Shown one piece after another: positions 30,836 to 40,054 of a DNA stretch of 59,192 nucleotides. Origin of the DNA: Paracoccaceae bacterium (lineage in GTDB: Bacteria; Pseudomonadota; Alphaproteobacteria; Rhodobacterales; Rhodobacteraceae); NCBI GenBank assembly GCA_042092935.1, contig JBELFK010000002.1, forward strand, positions 1 through 59,192, read 5' to 3'. Both the position numbers and the translations under genes were made by a program. The notes under the pieces were generated by a model, which worked only from the letters and a program-made list of their open reading frames with translations, did no database searches and had not been told where the DNA came from. Numbering within the stretch: the first letter of the stretch is position 1; each line of letters opens with the position of its first letter.

Positions 30836-31510
30836 ATGACCCTTGAGGACGCCATCGCGGCATTGCAGGCCCATATCGAACCGGGTCGCGCCGAGCAGAT
30901 GAAGGCTTATCACAAGATAGATCGCGCCTACCTCGGCATTGCCAATGGCCCGCTTGATGACCTCGCTAAAGTTTGGCGACGCAGTTTGACGGTTGAAAAC
31001 CGCGTGGAACTTGCGTCGCAGCTTTGGGACACAAACATCTATGAGTGCAGGGTTTTGGCGGGCAAAATGCTAACCCAAGCCCGTATTCGCCCCGACGCGG
31101 CGGTCTGGGATCTATTGAAAAGCTGGACCAGTGATTTCGACAGTTGGGCTATCGCTGACCATGCCGCGATGGCGGCACAACGACGGTTGACGGCCGATTG
31201 GACACGCCTTGACGATATTGAGGCTTGGACAATGTCCGAACACATGTGGACCAGACGCGCAGCACTGGTCACCACCTTACCGCTGACAAAGAACCGCAAT
31301 CCATCCGAGGCCGAATTGGCCCTGCGCGAGCGTGTGCTTGGGTGGGCGGCAGGTTACGTCGAAGATCCGCAATGGTTTATTCAGAAAGCCGTCGCCTGGT
31401 GGCTGCGCGATCTGTCAAAACGAGACCCAGCGCGTGTCTCCGTGTTCCTTGACGCGCACGGCGGGCACATGAAGGCCTTTGCCCGAAAAGAGGCCGGCAA
31501 ATACCTCTGA
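30836..31510 (+). CDS. DNA alkylation repair (AlkD-like HEAT-repeat) protein
   Basis: 224 aa. The pattern AEQMKAYHK...WDTNIYECRVLA...WW is typical of the DNA_alkylation family. Confidence 0.7.
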   Translation: MTLEDAIAALQAHIEPGRAEQMKAYHKIDRAYLGIANGPLDDLAKVWRRSLTVENRVELASQLWDTNIYECRVLAGKMLTQARIRPDAAVWDLLKSWTSDFDSWAIADHAAMAAQRRLTADWTRLDDIEAWTMSEHMWTRRAALVTTLPLTKNRNPSEAELALRERVLGWAAGYVEDPQWFIQKAVAWWLRDLSKRDPARVSVFLDAHGGHMKAFARKEAGKYL

Positions 31511-31591
31511 CACCAGCATCGTGACGATTTCTGACAAAAACGCTTCGGGAAAGGGCTTGCCCGCTGGCGGCAGGACGCCTACCTAAAGATC

Positions 31592-32599
31592 ATGACAGCC
31601 CCATTGATCGACCCGTTCCAACGCGCAATCTCTTACCTTCGGGTCTCGGTGACAGACCGTTGCGATTTCCGCTGTGTTTATTGCATGTCGGAAAACATGA
31701 CGTTCCTGCCCAAGAAAGAGCTTTTGACGCTTGAGGAACTGGATCGGCTGAGCACGACCTTCATCCGCATGGGCGTCGAAAAGCTGCGGATCACAGGTGG
31801 CGAACCCTTGGTGCGGCGCGATATCATGACGTATTTCCGCGCCATGTCGCGGCATTTGGACAGCGGTGCGCTAAAAGAACTGACCCTGACCACGAATGGC
31901 TCGCAGCTTGAACGTTTCGCCGACGATCTTTTCGACGCGGGCGTGCGGCGGGTGAATATCTCGCTCGACACAATTGACGAAACGAAGTTTGCCGAGATCA
32001 CCCGCTGGGGCCGACTGCCTCAGGTGATGCGGGGGATCGATGCGGCCCAAAAGGCGGGTCTGCGGGTCAAGATCAACGCCGTTGCCCTGAAAGAATTCAA
32101 CGAAGACGAATTGTTCACTCTGACCGAATGGTGCGCGGAGCGCGACATGGACCTGACATGGATCGAAGTCATGCCAATGGGGGATATTGGCAACGAAAAT
32201 CGCCTGACGCAATATTGGTCGCTGAACGATCTGCGCGGCGAATTGGCGAAAAACTACACGGTTACGGATCTAGACGAAAGGTCGGGCGGTCCTGCCCGCT
32301 ATGTGCGGCTGGAAGAAACCGGTCAAAAGATCGGCTTTATCACGCCGCTGACGCATAACTTCTGCGAAAGCTGCAATCGGGTCCGCGTGACCTGTACGGG
32401 CGAATTATTCATGTGCCTCGGCCAAGAGGACAACGCCGATCTGCGCGGTCCCCTTCGAGCGCATACAGATAGCGAAGCACCTTTGGAAAACGCCATACGT
32501 GCAGCGATCAGTCACAAGCCCAAGGGGCACGACTTTGATTACTCACGCCAAGCGCTCGGCGGACAAATGACCCGCCACATGAGCCACACGGGCGGTTAA
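31592..32599 (+). CDS. moaA: GTP 3',8-cyclase (molybdenum cofactor biosynthesis protein A)
   Basis: 335 aa with the radical-SAM motif CDFRCVYC and a C-terminal cluster [13 protein letters not shown]. Confidence 0.93.
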   Translation: MTAPLIDPFQRAISYLRVSVTDRCDFRCVYCMSENMTFLPKKELLTLEELDRLSTTFIRMGVEKLRITGGEPLVRRDIMTYFRAMSRHLDSGALKELTLTTNGSQLERFADDLFDAGVRRVNISLDTIDETKFAEITRWGRLPQVMRGIDAAQKAGLRVKINAVALKEFNEDELFTLTEWCAERDMDLTWIEVMPMGDIGNENRLTQYWSLNDLRGELAKNYTVTDLDERSGGPARYVRLEETGQKIGFITPLTHNFCESCNRVRVTCTGELFMCLGQEDNADLRGPLRAHTDSEAPLENAIRAAISHKPKGHDFDYSRQALGGQMTRHMSHTGG

Positions 32600-33364
32600 T
32601 CAGGTCGCGTAGGTCGAGCCTTCTTCGTCAAGGATCGCCTTGAGTTCAGCCAAGTGGCGGTCCGCTTGATCTGGATAATCTTCCAATTCTTTTGCGGTTT
32701 TTTCGGCAATTTCATCGCTGAGAATGCGCAACGGCTGGCCGGTTTGAAGCGCACGGATATAAGTTTCGGCGGCGCGTTCGAAATAATACATGCGATTGAA
32801 GGTGTCAGCGACCGTGTCCCCGATCACCAGAACCCCGTGATTGCCCATAATCATGATCTTCTTGGACGGGTCCGTCAGCATCTTCGCACAACGCGTGCCC
32901 TCGCCTTCGAACGCAAGACCGCCAAATTCATGATCGATGACATAGCGGTTGAAAAAGGTCGCCGTGTTTTGATCGATGGGCGGCATGTTGCTGTCGGCAA
33001 GCGAGGCCAGAACCGTGGCGTGAATCGAATGCACATGCATCAGGCACCGCGCATGCGGACAGGCCCGATGAACCGAGCCATGCAACCCCCAGGCCGAGGG
33101 ATCAGGCGCACCTGGGCGGTCCATGGTGGTCGGATCGTTTGCATCCAGCAACAACAGGTCCGAGGCCTTTATACGCTGGAAATGCATTTGATTGGGGTTC
33201 ATCAGAAACTGTGTGCCCTCGTCATTGACCGCAAGGCTGAAATGATTGGCCACGGCTTCATGCATATTCAGGCGCTCGGTCCAGCGAAACGCCGCCGCCA
33301 TATCCACGCGTTCCTGCCAATGATCCATATTCGCGCGTTGCCGCAGGTCGATTGCTTCTGACAT
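32600..33364 (-). CDS. Class II aldolase/adducin-family protein
   Basis: 254 aa with the His-rich metal site pattern (HVHSIHA...GNHGVLV). Its stop abuts the moaA stop with no spacer. Confidence 0.8.
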   Translation of the reverse strand: MSEAIDLRQRANMDHWQERVDMAAAFRWTERLNMHEAVANHFSLAVNDEGTQFLMNPNQMHFQRIKASDLLLLDANDPTTMDRPGAPDPSAWGLHGSVHRACPHARCLMHVHSIHATVLASLADSNMPPIDQNTATFFNRYVIDHEFGGLAFEGEGTRCAKMLTDPSKKIMIMGNHGVLVIGDTVADTFNRMYYFERAAETYIRALQTGQPLRILSDEIAEKTAKELEDYPDQADRHLAELKAILDEEGSTYAT

Positions 33365-33553
33365 ATGAACACCCCTCGTTGTTGAACAGACGCTAGCCAG
33401 TGTACCGGCGACACCGCAACCCAGTTTGCGACAAAGACTCGCCCAAGAGCCGCTAATTTTTCACAGACGTTCACCGATTTGCGAGATTTTGTTTCGCCTG
33501 ATGGAAAAGTCGCATTTTCGCATTAAAACCTAAAGCGCAATCAGGAGAACCGC

Positions 33554-34006
33554 ATGCACATCAATCGCCGTCATTTTCTAACGGGCTTTGCCGCCGTCGC
33601 CGCCATTCAGCCCAGCATGGCCCTTGCCCGGGAACCGGAAGTTTTCCAAACCGGAGGCATCGCCATCAACGGGACCGACCCCGTGGTCTATTTCAACGCC
33701 GGCAAACCCGACTCGGTCTTTAATGCTTTTTCGGTTTCGTGGAATGGCGCGGAATGGAATTTTGACACCGAAGAAAATGCAGCGCTGTTTCAAGCGGACC
33801 CGGTAAAATACGCACCCCTGTTCGGCGGATATTGCGCCTATGCCGCGTCCCTCGGCTATTTGGCCCCAACCGTCCCCGAGGCGTGGACGATCTACGAAGG
33901 CAAGCTCTACCTCAACGCAAACCTTCGCGCCCGTGAGCTTTGGAAAAGGGACATCCCCGGCAACATCGCAAAGGCCGAAAGTAATTGGCCAGGCATCCTG
34001 GGCTGA
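33554..34006 (+). CDS. Tat-signal YHS-domain protein (Cys form of the YHS (seleno)protein type)
   Basis: 150 aa. Twin-arginine leader MHINRRHFLTGFAAVAAIQPSMALA. Two YHS-like repeats, the second with the GGYCAYA motif. AGGAGA SD upstream. Confidence 0.7.
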   Translation: MHINRRHFLTGFAAVAAIQPSMALAREPEVFQTGGIAINGTDPVVYFNAGKPDSVFNAFSVSWNGAEWNFDTEENAALFQADPVKYAPLFGGYCAYAASLGYLAPTVPEAWTIYEGKLYLNANLRARELWKRDIPGNIAKAESNWPGILG

Positions 34007-34031
34007 TGTCGTTTGTAACTGGTGGAAAATT

Positions 34032-34118
34032 TGGTGCGGTCGAGAAGACTCGAACTTCCACTCCGGTTAAGGAACAGCGACCTCAACGCTGCGCGTCTAC
34101 CAATTCCGCCACGACCGC
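34032..34118 (-). tRNA. tRNA-Leu (anticodon GAG)
   Basis: 87 nt: GCGGTCG acceptor stem, GCG/CGC D-stem, CAGCG-TTGAGGT-CGCTG anticodon arm, long variable arm, GGAAG-TTCGAGT-CTTCT T-arm, encoded CCA. Confidence 0.93.
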
Positions 34119-34141
34119 ACTGTCTTGACTTGGTGAGCCGC

Positions 34142-34170
34142 CGTATAGCGAAGGCATTCGGCGATGTGAA
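34142..34170 (-). promoter_or_regulatory. Candidate promoter for tRNA-Leu
   Basis: The minus strand reads TTCACA (34170..34165)-N17-TATACG (34147..34142), with the -10 ending 23 nt upstream of the mature 5' end. Pattern match only. Confidence 0.25.
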
Positions 34171-34189
34171 CCCCCAAATACCGGAAAAA

Positions 34190-34684
34190 TCAAGCGACTG
34201 GAAAGTGGCGCTGGAACCGCTTCCAACGCGGACTTAACAAGAAGAGTGCGGCGATCCCCAAGATTGTGATAATCATGCCGGTCGCCGCCTCTTCCTGACC
34301 GAAAACAATGCGATTTGACAGGCGATTGGACAGAAAATTCAGGGCAAAGGCGACCCACAAACCGCCCCAATAGAGCCAGCGTAGCATCTCGGCATGGGCG
34401 ACGATCTTTCCCACGCGGGCAAAATTGATGGCACGCACGACGACAAACAACGTCCAGATGGACAGCAAATGGATGGGACTGAACGGGCCGATAACGCCGA
34501 AACTATGGATCCAAAAGGAACTGACAGCGGTTGAGATCATGGCAATGATCCACGTATAGCCAAAGGTCTTGTGCCAAACATCCCGACGTTTCCGGTACAG
34601 GGCCAAGGGCCCCATCAACAATGCAAACAAAGCAGAACTTGCGTGGATCTGTATATATATCGGTGCGGCTAGAAAATATTCCAT
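34190..34684 (-). CDS. Integral membrane protein (about 4 TM), possibly DUF2306-like
   Basis: 164 aa, hydrophobic with conserved-looking His residues. The family guess is unverified. Confidence 0.55.
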   Translation of the reverse strand: MEYFLAAPIYIQIHASSALFALLMGPLALYRKRRDVWHKTFGYTWIIAMISTAVSSFWIHSFGVIGPFSPIHLLSIWTLFVVVRAINFARVGKIVAHAEMLRWLYWGGLWVAFALNFLSNRLSNRIVFGQEEAATGMIITILGIAALFLLSPRWKRFQRHFPVA

Positions 34685-34788
34685 TCTCAGGATTTCCCTA
34701 TTTGGGTTGTTGAAATTCGATGCCTAAGATGGAACCTTGTGCGACGACCCAGAGGAACCGCGAATATGCCCGATGAAGGAGACCATTC

Positions 34789-35580
34789 GTGAGCGACAGC
34801 CACATGTATTTCGCGCTTCGTGAAGTGCGACGTCTTTATTCCTCAAGGAAAGTGCTGACTGCCATTTTGGGAATCGCGCTGATTCTCGGGATCTCGGGTC
34901 CGTTTGGCACCTCGTCCTTCATGCGCACCGGTCCGCTGATCGTTTATTGGATCATCATCGCCTATAGTACCTTTGCTGCCGGAACCTTTGTCGCGGCATT
35001 ATCGGCGAACTATGGGCGCGCCAGGAAGTTGTCGCAATGGACGGCAATCGCGTTAACCAGCATCGGTACAGGCATCGCCGCGATCGTGATCGTGGTCTTG
35101 GTCAATTGGGTGGCCCTTGGCCTGCCACCAACGACGCCCGGTTATTTTGGGACACTGACGCTGACGACGTTTATCACGGCTGCTATCATCGCATTGATCC
35201 TATACTTCACCGAAGTCACGCCGACGGACGCAAATCCCCCCAAACGCAATGACGCGCCGCTGTTGGCGCGCCTACCGCTGGAGAAACGCGGGCCACTTGT
35301 TTCGGTCTCGGTGTCGGATCACTACGTTGAGGTCACCACAACCAAGGGACGCGATCTGATCCTGATGCGCCTTTCGGATGCAATTCTCGAGTGCGAAGGC
35401 GCGGCGGGCATGCAGGTGCATCGCTCTCATTGGATTGCGCTCGATCAAGTCTCCTCTGCAAAGCGTGTCGGGGATCGCGCGATACTGACAATGTCAGACG
35501 GGCGGGAAATCCCAGTCAGCCGCAGTTATATCTCGGCAATCAAGGATGCAGGCCTGTTGCCGAAGTCATCATATGGTTGA
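34789..35580 (+). CDS. Membrane-anchored LytTR-domain DNA-binding protein
   Basis: 263 aa. GTG start with an AAGGAG SD. It has about 4 N-terminal TM helices and a C-terminal LytTR domain ([10 protein letters not shown]...HRSHWIAL...IPVSRSY). No receiver domain. Confidence 0.8.
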   Translation: MSDSHMYFALREVRRLYSSRKVLTAILGIALILGISGPFGTSSFMRTGPLIVYWIIIAYSTFAAGTFVAALSANYGRARKLSQWTAIALTSIGTGIAAIVIVVLVNWVALGLPPTTPGYFGTLTLTTFITAAIIALILYFTEVTPTDANPPKRNDAPLLARLPLEKRGPLVSVSVSDHYVEVTTTKGRDLILMRLSDAILECEGAAGMQVHRSHWIALDQVSSAKRVGDRAILTMSDGREIPVSRSYISAIKDAGLLPKSSYG

Positions 35581-36229
35581 ATGGAAAATCTCAGACGCCT
35601 TGGTGCCCTATGACGAGGCCGTGGACTTCATGGAAAATCATGTTGCCAAAATGGCCTCTGGCGACGCGGATGAACTGATTTGGCTGCTCGAGCATCCACC
35701 ACTTTACACCGCTGGAACCAGCGCCAAGATTGAGGACCTGACCGATCCCGAGCGGTTTCCGGTGTACCAGTCAAAACGCGGCGGGCAGTATACTTATCAT
35801 GGGCCGGGGCAACGTGTGATTTACGTCATGCTTGACCTGAACAAGCGCGGTCGCGACGTGCGCGCGTTCGTGAAAATGCTGGAAGATTGGGTCATCGAGA
35901 CGCTGGCCGAGTTTGGCGTTAAAGGTGAAATCCGTGACGGGCGCGTCGGTGTTTGGGTCCAACGCGGCGATAAACCGCTTACCGTGATGGGCGAAATGGC
36001 CGAAGACAAAGTCGCTGCAATCGGCATTCGCTTGCGCAAATGGATCAGTTTTCACGGCATTTCTATCAATGTTGACCCTGATTTAGATCATTTTAACGGT
36101 ATTGTTCCCTGCGGTATCACTGAACACGGCGTTACATCGCTTGTCGATTTGGGGCTACCGGTGACCGAGAAAGACGTTGACGTCGCTTTGATGTCTACGT
36201 TCAATCGGGTTGTGGACGGTAATTCGTAA
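35573..36229 (+). CDS. lipB: Lipoyl(octanoyl) transferase
   Basis: 218 aa from the ATG at 35573 ([17 protein letters not shown]...). Motifs [12 protein letters not shown] and KVAAIGIR. It overlaps the LytTR gene by 8 nt. Confidence 0.9.
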   Translation: MVEWKISDALVPYDEAVDFMENHVAKMASGDADELIWLLEHPPLYTAGTSAKIEDLTDPERFPVYQSKRGGQYTYHGPGQRVIYVMLDLNKRGRDVRAFVKMLEDWVIETLAEFGVKGEIRDGRVGVWVQRGDKPLTVMGEMAEDKVAAIGIRLRKWISFHGISINVDPDLDHFNGIVPCGITEHGVTSLVDLGLPVTEKDVDVALMSTFNRVVDGNS

Positions 36230-36319
36230 TCGACCCTGCGACAATCCGAAGGAATGGCTTTGCCCTCCACGCTGTATATAAGCAAGCCGAACGCGCAGAG
36301 AATGAATGAGAGAGCCGTT

Positions 36320-36739
36320 ATGAAAAACGTTCTGACACTAACCGCAACAATCCTTGCATTTGCATCCCCTGCATTTGCTGACAGCGATAGCATCGGCGAC
36401 CCCGAGGCTGGTGCAAAAGATTTTCGCAAGTGCAAAGCCTGTCACACTGTCAATGCTCCAGATGGCACCGTGATTCTGAAGGGCGGTAAAACCGGCCCGA
36501 ACCTTTACGGCGTCATGGGGCGTAATGCCGGATCCGAAGACTTTAAGTATTCGCCAATCATGATGGCCGCTGGGGAAGCTGGCCTGATTTGGGACGTTGA
36601 ATCGCTCGAAGCGTATCTTCTGGACCCGAACGCCTATCTGGCCGAAGTCTCGGGCGAATCGGGACGTTCGAGAATGACAAAGCAAAGAGTAAAAAGCGCG
36701 GCAGACATTGCGGCCTATTTGGAATCACTCGTCCAATAA
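36320..36739 (+). CDS. Class I c-type cytochrome (c2/c550-like)
   Basis: 139 aa from the ATG at 36320. It has a signal peptide MKNVLTLTATILAFASPAFA, a CKACH haem-binding motif and a distal Met (SRMT). Confidence 0.85.
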   Translation: MKNVLTLTATILAFASPAFADSDSIGDPEAGAKDFRKCKACHTVNAPDGTVILKGGKTGPNLYGVMGRNAGSEDFKYSPIMMAAGEAGLIWDVESLEAYLLDPNAYLAEVSGESGRSRMTKQRVKSAADIAAYLESLVQ

Positions 36740-36746
36740 GCGTGAT

Positions 36747-36760
36747 TTGAATGGGATCAA
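36747..36760. promoter_or_regulatory. FNR/CRP-family box candidate (distal)
   Basis: TTGAATGGGATCAA matches TTGAT-N4-ATCAA at 9 of 10 positions. Confidence 0.35.
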
Positions 36761-36780
36761 TGGGGGCGCGGCATTTTTTC

Positions 36781-36794
36781 TTGATCTGCGTCAA
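36781..36794. promoter_or_regulatory. FNR/CRP-family box candidate (proximal)
   Basis: TTGATCTGCGTCAA matches TTGAT-N4-ATCAA at 9 of 10 positions. Its centre is about 113 nt upstream of the ctaD ATG and 34 bp from the distal box. Confidence 0.4.
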
Positions 36795-36900
36795 AGTCTA
36801 ACATTGCCCCCAATGGCCCCACATTCTAAAAGCCGAACTGAACATGGGCGCAGGAACTTTTGTTTCTGCGCTTTCCGCACACAACAGCAGGAGGCAAGAC

Positions 36901-38577
36901 ATGGCAGACGCGGCCATTCACAGCCACGAGCATGAAGACAACCGAGGGTTCTTTACCCGTTGGTTCATGTCAACCAACCACAAGGATATTGGTATCCTTT
37001 ACCTTTTCGTATCGGCGTTCGTCGGTCTGATATCGGTTAGCTTCACCGTTTACATGCGCATGGAGCTCATGGAACCTGGTGTTCAGTACATGTGTCTTGA
37101 AGGGGCACGGTTCTGGTCGGCAGCCGCCGAGGGTGAATGTACCCCGAACGGACACCTCTGGAACGTGATGATTACCTATCACGGCGTCCTGATGATGTTC
37201 TTTGTTGTCATCCCAGCCCTCTTTGGTGGCTTTGGTAACTACTTCATGCCGCTGCAAATCGGCGCGCCAGACATGGCATTCCCACGGATGAACAACCTGT
37301 CGTTCTGGATGTATGTGGCCGGTGTGGCTCTGGGCGTCGCCTCGATGCTCTCACCCGGCGGCAATGACCAGCTTGGATCAGGCGTTGGCTGGGTGCTCTA
37401 TGCGCCGCTTTCAACCCGGGAAGCGGGCACGTCTATGGATCTCGCGATCTTCGCGATCCACGTATCCGGTGCCTCGTCGATCTTGGGCGCAATCAACATG
37501 ATTACGACCTTCCTGAACATGCGCGCGCCGGGGATGACCCTGCATAAGGTGCCTCTGTTCTCATGGTCGATCTTTGTGACATCGTGGTTGATCCTGTTGT
37601 CGCTGCCCGTTCTGGCTGGCGCGATCACCATGCTTTTGACAGATCGAAACTTTGGAACGACCTTCTTTGATCCAGCAGGCGGTGGCGACCCGATCCTTTA
37701 CCAACACATCCTTTGGTTCTTTGGTCACCCCGAAGTTTACATCGTGATCGTCCCCGGGTTCGGTATCATCAGCCACGTCATCGCGACTTTCTCGCGCAAG
37801 CCGATCTTCGGCTACCTGCCGATGGTTTACGCGATGGTCGCCATTGGCGCGCTTGGCTTCGTTGTTTGGGCGCACCACATGTACACCGTTGGCATGTCGC
37901 TGACCCAGCAGTCTTACTTCATGCTGGCAACGATGGTCATCGCGGTGCCCACAGGCGTGAAGGTCTTCTCGTGGATTGCAACAATGTGGGGCGGCTCGAT
38001 CGAGTTCAAAACCCCGATGATGTTCGCCCTGGGCTTCCTGATCCTGTTCACCCTTGGTGGTGTGACCGGCGTGGTGCTGTCACAAGCTGGCATCGACCGC
38101 GTGTACCATGACACCTACTATGTGGTTGCGCACTTCCATTACGTGATGTCGCTGGGGGCCGTCTTTGCGATCTTTGCGGGTATCTACTTTTACCTGCCGA
38201 AGATGTCGGGCCGCATGTATCCTGAATGGGCTGGACACGTTCACTTCTGGACCATGTTTATTGGTGCCAACGTGACGTTCTTCCCGCAGCACTTCTTGGG
38301 TCGTCAGGGTATGCCTCGTCGTTACATCGACTATCCTGAGGCGTTCGAATTCTGGAACTACATCTCATCTTTGGGTGCCTTCCTGTCCTTCGCATCGTTC
38401 ATCTTCTTCTTCGGTGTGGTCTTGTGGACATTGGTTGCAGGCCGTCGTGTGACTGTCGCGAACCCTTGGAACGAATATGCAGATACGCTTGAGTGGACGC
38501 TTCCATGCCCTCCACCTGAGCATACTTTTGAAACACTTCCAAAGCAGGAAGACTGGGACAAAGGTCCAGCCCACTAA
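36901..38577 (+). CDS. ctaD: Cytochrome c oxidase (aa3-type) subunit I
   Basis: 558 aa from the ATG at 36901 (AGGAGG SD 7 nt upstream). Haem-copper oxidase signatures are present ([13 protein letters not shown]). No ctaC or ctaE is adjacent. Confidence 0.95.
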   Translation: MADAAIHSHEHEDNRGFFTRWFMSTNHKDIGILYLFVSAFVGLISVSFTVYMRMELMEPGVQYMCLEGARFWSAAAEGECTPNGHLWNVMITYHGVLMMFFVVIPALFGGFGNYFMPLQIGAPDMAFPRMNNLSFWMYVAGVALGVASMLSPGGNDQLGSGVGWVLYAPLSTREAGTSMDLAIFAIHVSGASSILGAINMITTFLNMRAPGMTLHKVPLFSWSIFVTSWLILLSLPVLAGAITMLLTDRNFGTTFFDPAGGGDPILYQHILWFFGHPEVYIVIVPGFGIISHVIATFSRKPIFGYLPMVYAMVAIGALGFVVWAHHMYTVGMSLTQQSYFMLATMVIAVPTGVKVFSWIATMWGGSIEFKTPMMFALGFLILFTLGGVTGVVLSQAGIDRVYHDTYYVVAHFHYVMSLGAVFAIFAGIYFYLPKMSGRMYPEWAGHVHFWTMFIGANVTFFPQHFLGRQGMPRRYIDYPEAFEFWNYISSLGAFLSFASFIFFFGVVLWTLVAGRRVTVANPWNEYADTLEWTLPCPPPEHTFETLPKQEDWDKGPAH

Positions 38578-38600
38578 GGCTGATCTGAACGACAAATTGA

Positions 38601-38630
38601 AAAGGCTCCGGTTTCCGGGGCCTTTTTCTT
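38601..38630 (+). terminator. Rho-independent terminator after ctaD
   Basis: AAAGGCTCCGG-TTT-CCGGGGCCTTT followed by a TTTTTCTTTT run. It starts 24 nt after the ctaD stop. Confidence 0.75.
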
Positions 38631-38636
38631 TTGCCA

Positions 38637-38666
38637 AAAGCGTCCCTTGAATCGAAGGGACGCTTT
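38637..38666. promoter_or_regulatory. Perfect 12-bp inverted repeat upstream of the ArsR-family gene (operator or second hairpin)
   Basis: AAAGCGTCCCTT-gaatcg-AAGGGACGCTTT, 25 nt upstream of the ATG at 38691. There is no good T-run after it on the plus strand. Confidence 0.35.
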
Positions 38667-38690
38667 ATGGAGTCGGCCATGGGTTGACAT

Positions 38691-39029
38691 ATGGTAACCA
38701 CACACTTACCGTTAGTCATGACTTACGCTAAAGCCATCTCCGCCCTCGCCGATCCCACGCGCCGTTCGGTGTTTGAAAAAATCGCCGCTCAGCCCGACAA
38801 TGTGGCGTCGCTTGCCAAGCACTTTCCCGTCAGCCGACCAGCAATTTCGCAGCACCTCAAGGTGTTGCAAGAGGCAGGCTTGGTCAAAGCCGAGGTCGCA
38901 GGCACGCGCCACATCTATCAGATCGACCACGCTGGGCTTGAGGCGATCAAGACCTATCTGGACGGCTTTTGGGGCGACGCCCTGGGGGCCTTCGCCGCTG
39001 AAATTCACAAACAAAACCGCGAACAATAA
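38691..39029 (+). CDS. ArsR/SmtB-family transcriptional regulator
   Basis: 112 aa with a winged HTH (LADPTRRSVFEKI...VASLAKHFPVSRPAISQHLKVLQEAGLV). The alternative ATG at 38718 cannot be excluded. Confidence 0.85.
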   Translation: MVTTHLPLVMTYAKAISALADPTRRSVFEKIAAQPDNVASLAKHFPVSRPAISQHLKVLQEAGLVKAEVAGTRHIYQIDHAGLEAIKTYLDGFWGDALGAFAAEIHKQNREQ

Positions 39030-39040
39030 AAGGAACCATA

Positions 39041-39496
39041 ATGATTGATCCCGTCGTAAAAACCGTTGATGTCCCCTGCCCGCAACAGCGCGCCTTTGAA
39101 ACCTTCGTCGACATGCCGCGCTGGTGGCCGCTTGAAAAACGCTCAATGTCATTAATGTCCACCAAGGCCCCCGCCAAATCCCTGTCCGCAGATGCAACCG
39201 AGGGCGGCAAGATCATCGAGATCGCCGCCGACGATCAAGAGCATCATTGGGGAACATTCCGCATCGTCGATCCTCACAGCCACGTTCAGTTCGATTTCCA
39301 CATGGGCCTGCCAGCCGACAAAACAGGTCAGGTGGATGTTCGATTCACGCCCCTCAGCGCGACCGAGACGCGGGTCGAGCTGACGCACAGCAACTGGGAA
39401 GGCTATGGCGATATGGCGGAAATGATGGTCAACGGATATGGATCAAGCTGGTCGATGCTGTTTGAGGATCACTTCGCGGGTGCCTGCAAACCCTAG
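39041..39496 (+). CDS. SRPBCC-superfamily (Aha1/START-like) protein
   Basis: 151 aa. AAGGA SD upstream. The ArsR-plus-SRPBCC pairing is common. Confidence 0.75.
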   Translation: MIDPVVKTVDVPCPQQRAFETFVDMPRWWPLEKRSMSLMSTKAPAKSLSADATEGGKIIEIAADDQEHHWGTFRIVDPHSHVQFDFHMGLPADKTGQVDVRFTPLSATETRVELTHSNWEGYGDMAEMMVNGYGSSWSMLFEDHFAGACKP

Positions 39497-39571
39497 CGCC
39501 ACATCGAATGCGCGATTTGGACGCGCAAGTTGGCGGTTTTCATCGCAATGCCGCCAACTTAAAACAGGTCC

Positions 39572-40054
39572 ATGCCCTATGAATGGACCCATAACCAACA
39601 CGAAACGCGCCTCGAGGCCTGGCCCTACCGGTCGTTGCCAAAATTCGGGTTTGTGATCGTGATATGTATTGCGGTTTTCTTTTTGGCCCTGCCCGCGGTT
39701 GTCGTCATTGGAACGATTGTCTTATGGGGGCTGCTGCCATTCATGATCCTTGCGGTTGCCGGACTATGGTTTGGATTGCAGAAAAGTTACCGCGACGGCG
39801 AAATTCTTGAGCAACTCAAGATCTCGTCCGATCAAGTATCGCTGACACGGCATCAACCCAAAAGACCTGTGCAATGCTGGTCCTGCAATTCCTATTGGGC
39901 GCAGGTCAACCTGCATGAAAGCCAAGGCCCGATCCCGGACTACGTGACGCTAAAGGGAAATGGACGAGAGGTTGAGATTGGCGCGTTCCTTTCGCAGGAT
40001 GAACGCCGAAAGCTCTATTTTGATCTGCAACGCGAATTGGCCAACGCCAATTAG
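39572..40054 (+). CDS. Two-TM membrane protein, DUF2244-like
   Basis: 160 aa with two adjacent TM helices near the N-terminus followed by a soluble domain. As I recall, this family often sits near cox genes in alphaproteobacteria; unverified. Confidence 0.6.
   Translation: MPYEWTHNQHETRLEAWPYRSLPKFGFVIVICIAVFFLALPAVVVIGTIVLWGLLPFMILAVAGLWFGLQKSYRDGEILEQLKISSDQVSLTRHQPKRPVQCWSCNSYWAQVNLHESQGPIPDYVTLKGNGREVEIGAFLSQDERRKLYFDLQRELANAN

Noticed and set aside
31511-31591. Moco riboswitch upstream of moaA.
   Set aside because: The gap is only 81 nt, shorter than the known Moco RNA motif. I could not find its conserved stems, only a trivial GGGC-TT-GCCC hairpin.
34022-34370. ORFs 34022..34237 (+) and 34083..34370 (-), which overlap the tRNA-Leu locus.
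   Set aside because: The region folds into a textbook 87-nt tRNA-Leu(GAG). The ORFs have no SD and no motifs, and they are explained by the tRNA and its flanks.
33365-34788. Possible genomic island or integration module at tRNA-Leu.
   Set aside because: There is no integrase, recombinase, direct repeat of the tRNA 3' end or visible compositional shift on either side. The neighbours are ordinary housekeeping or membrane genes.
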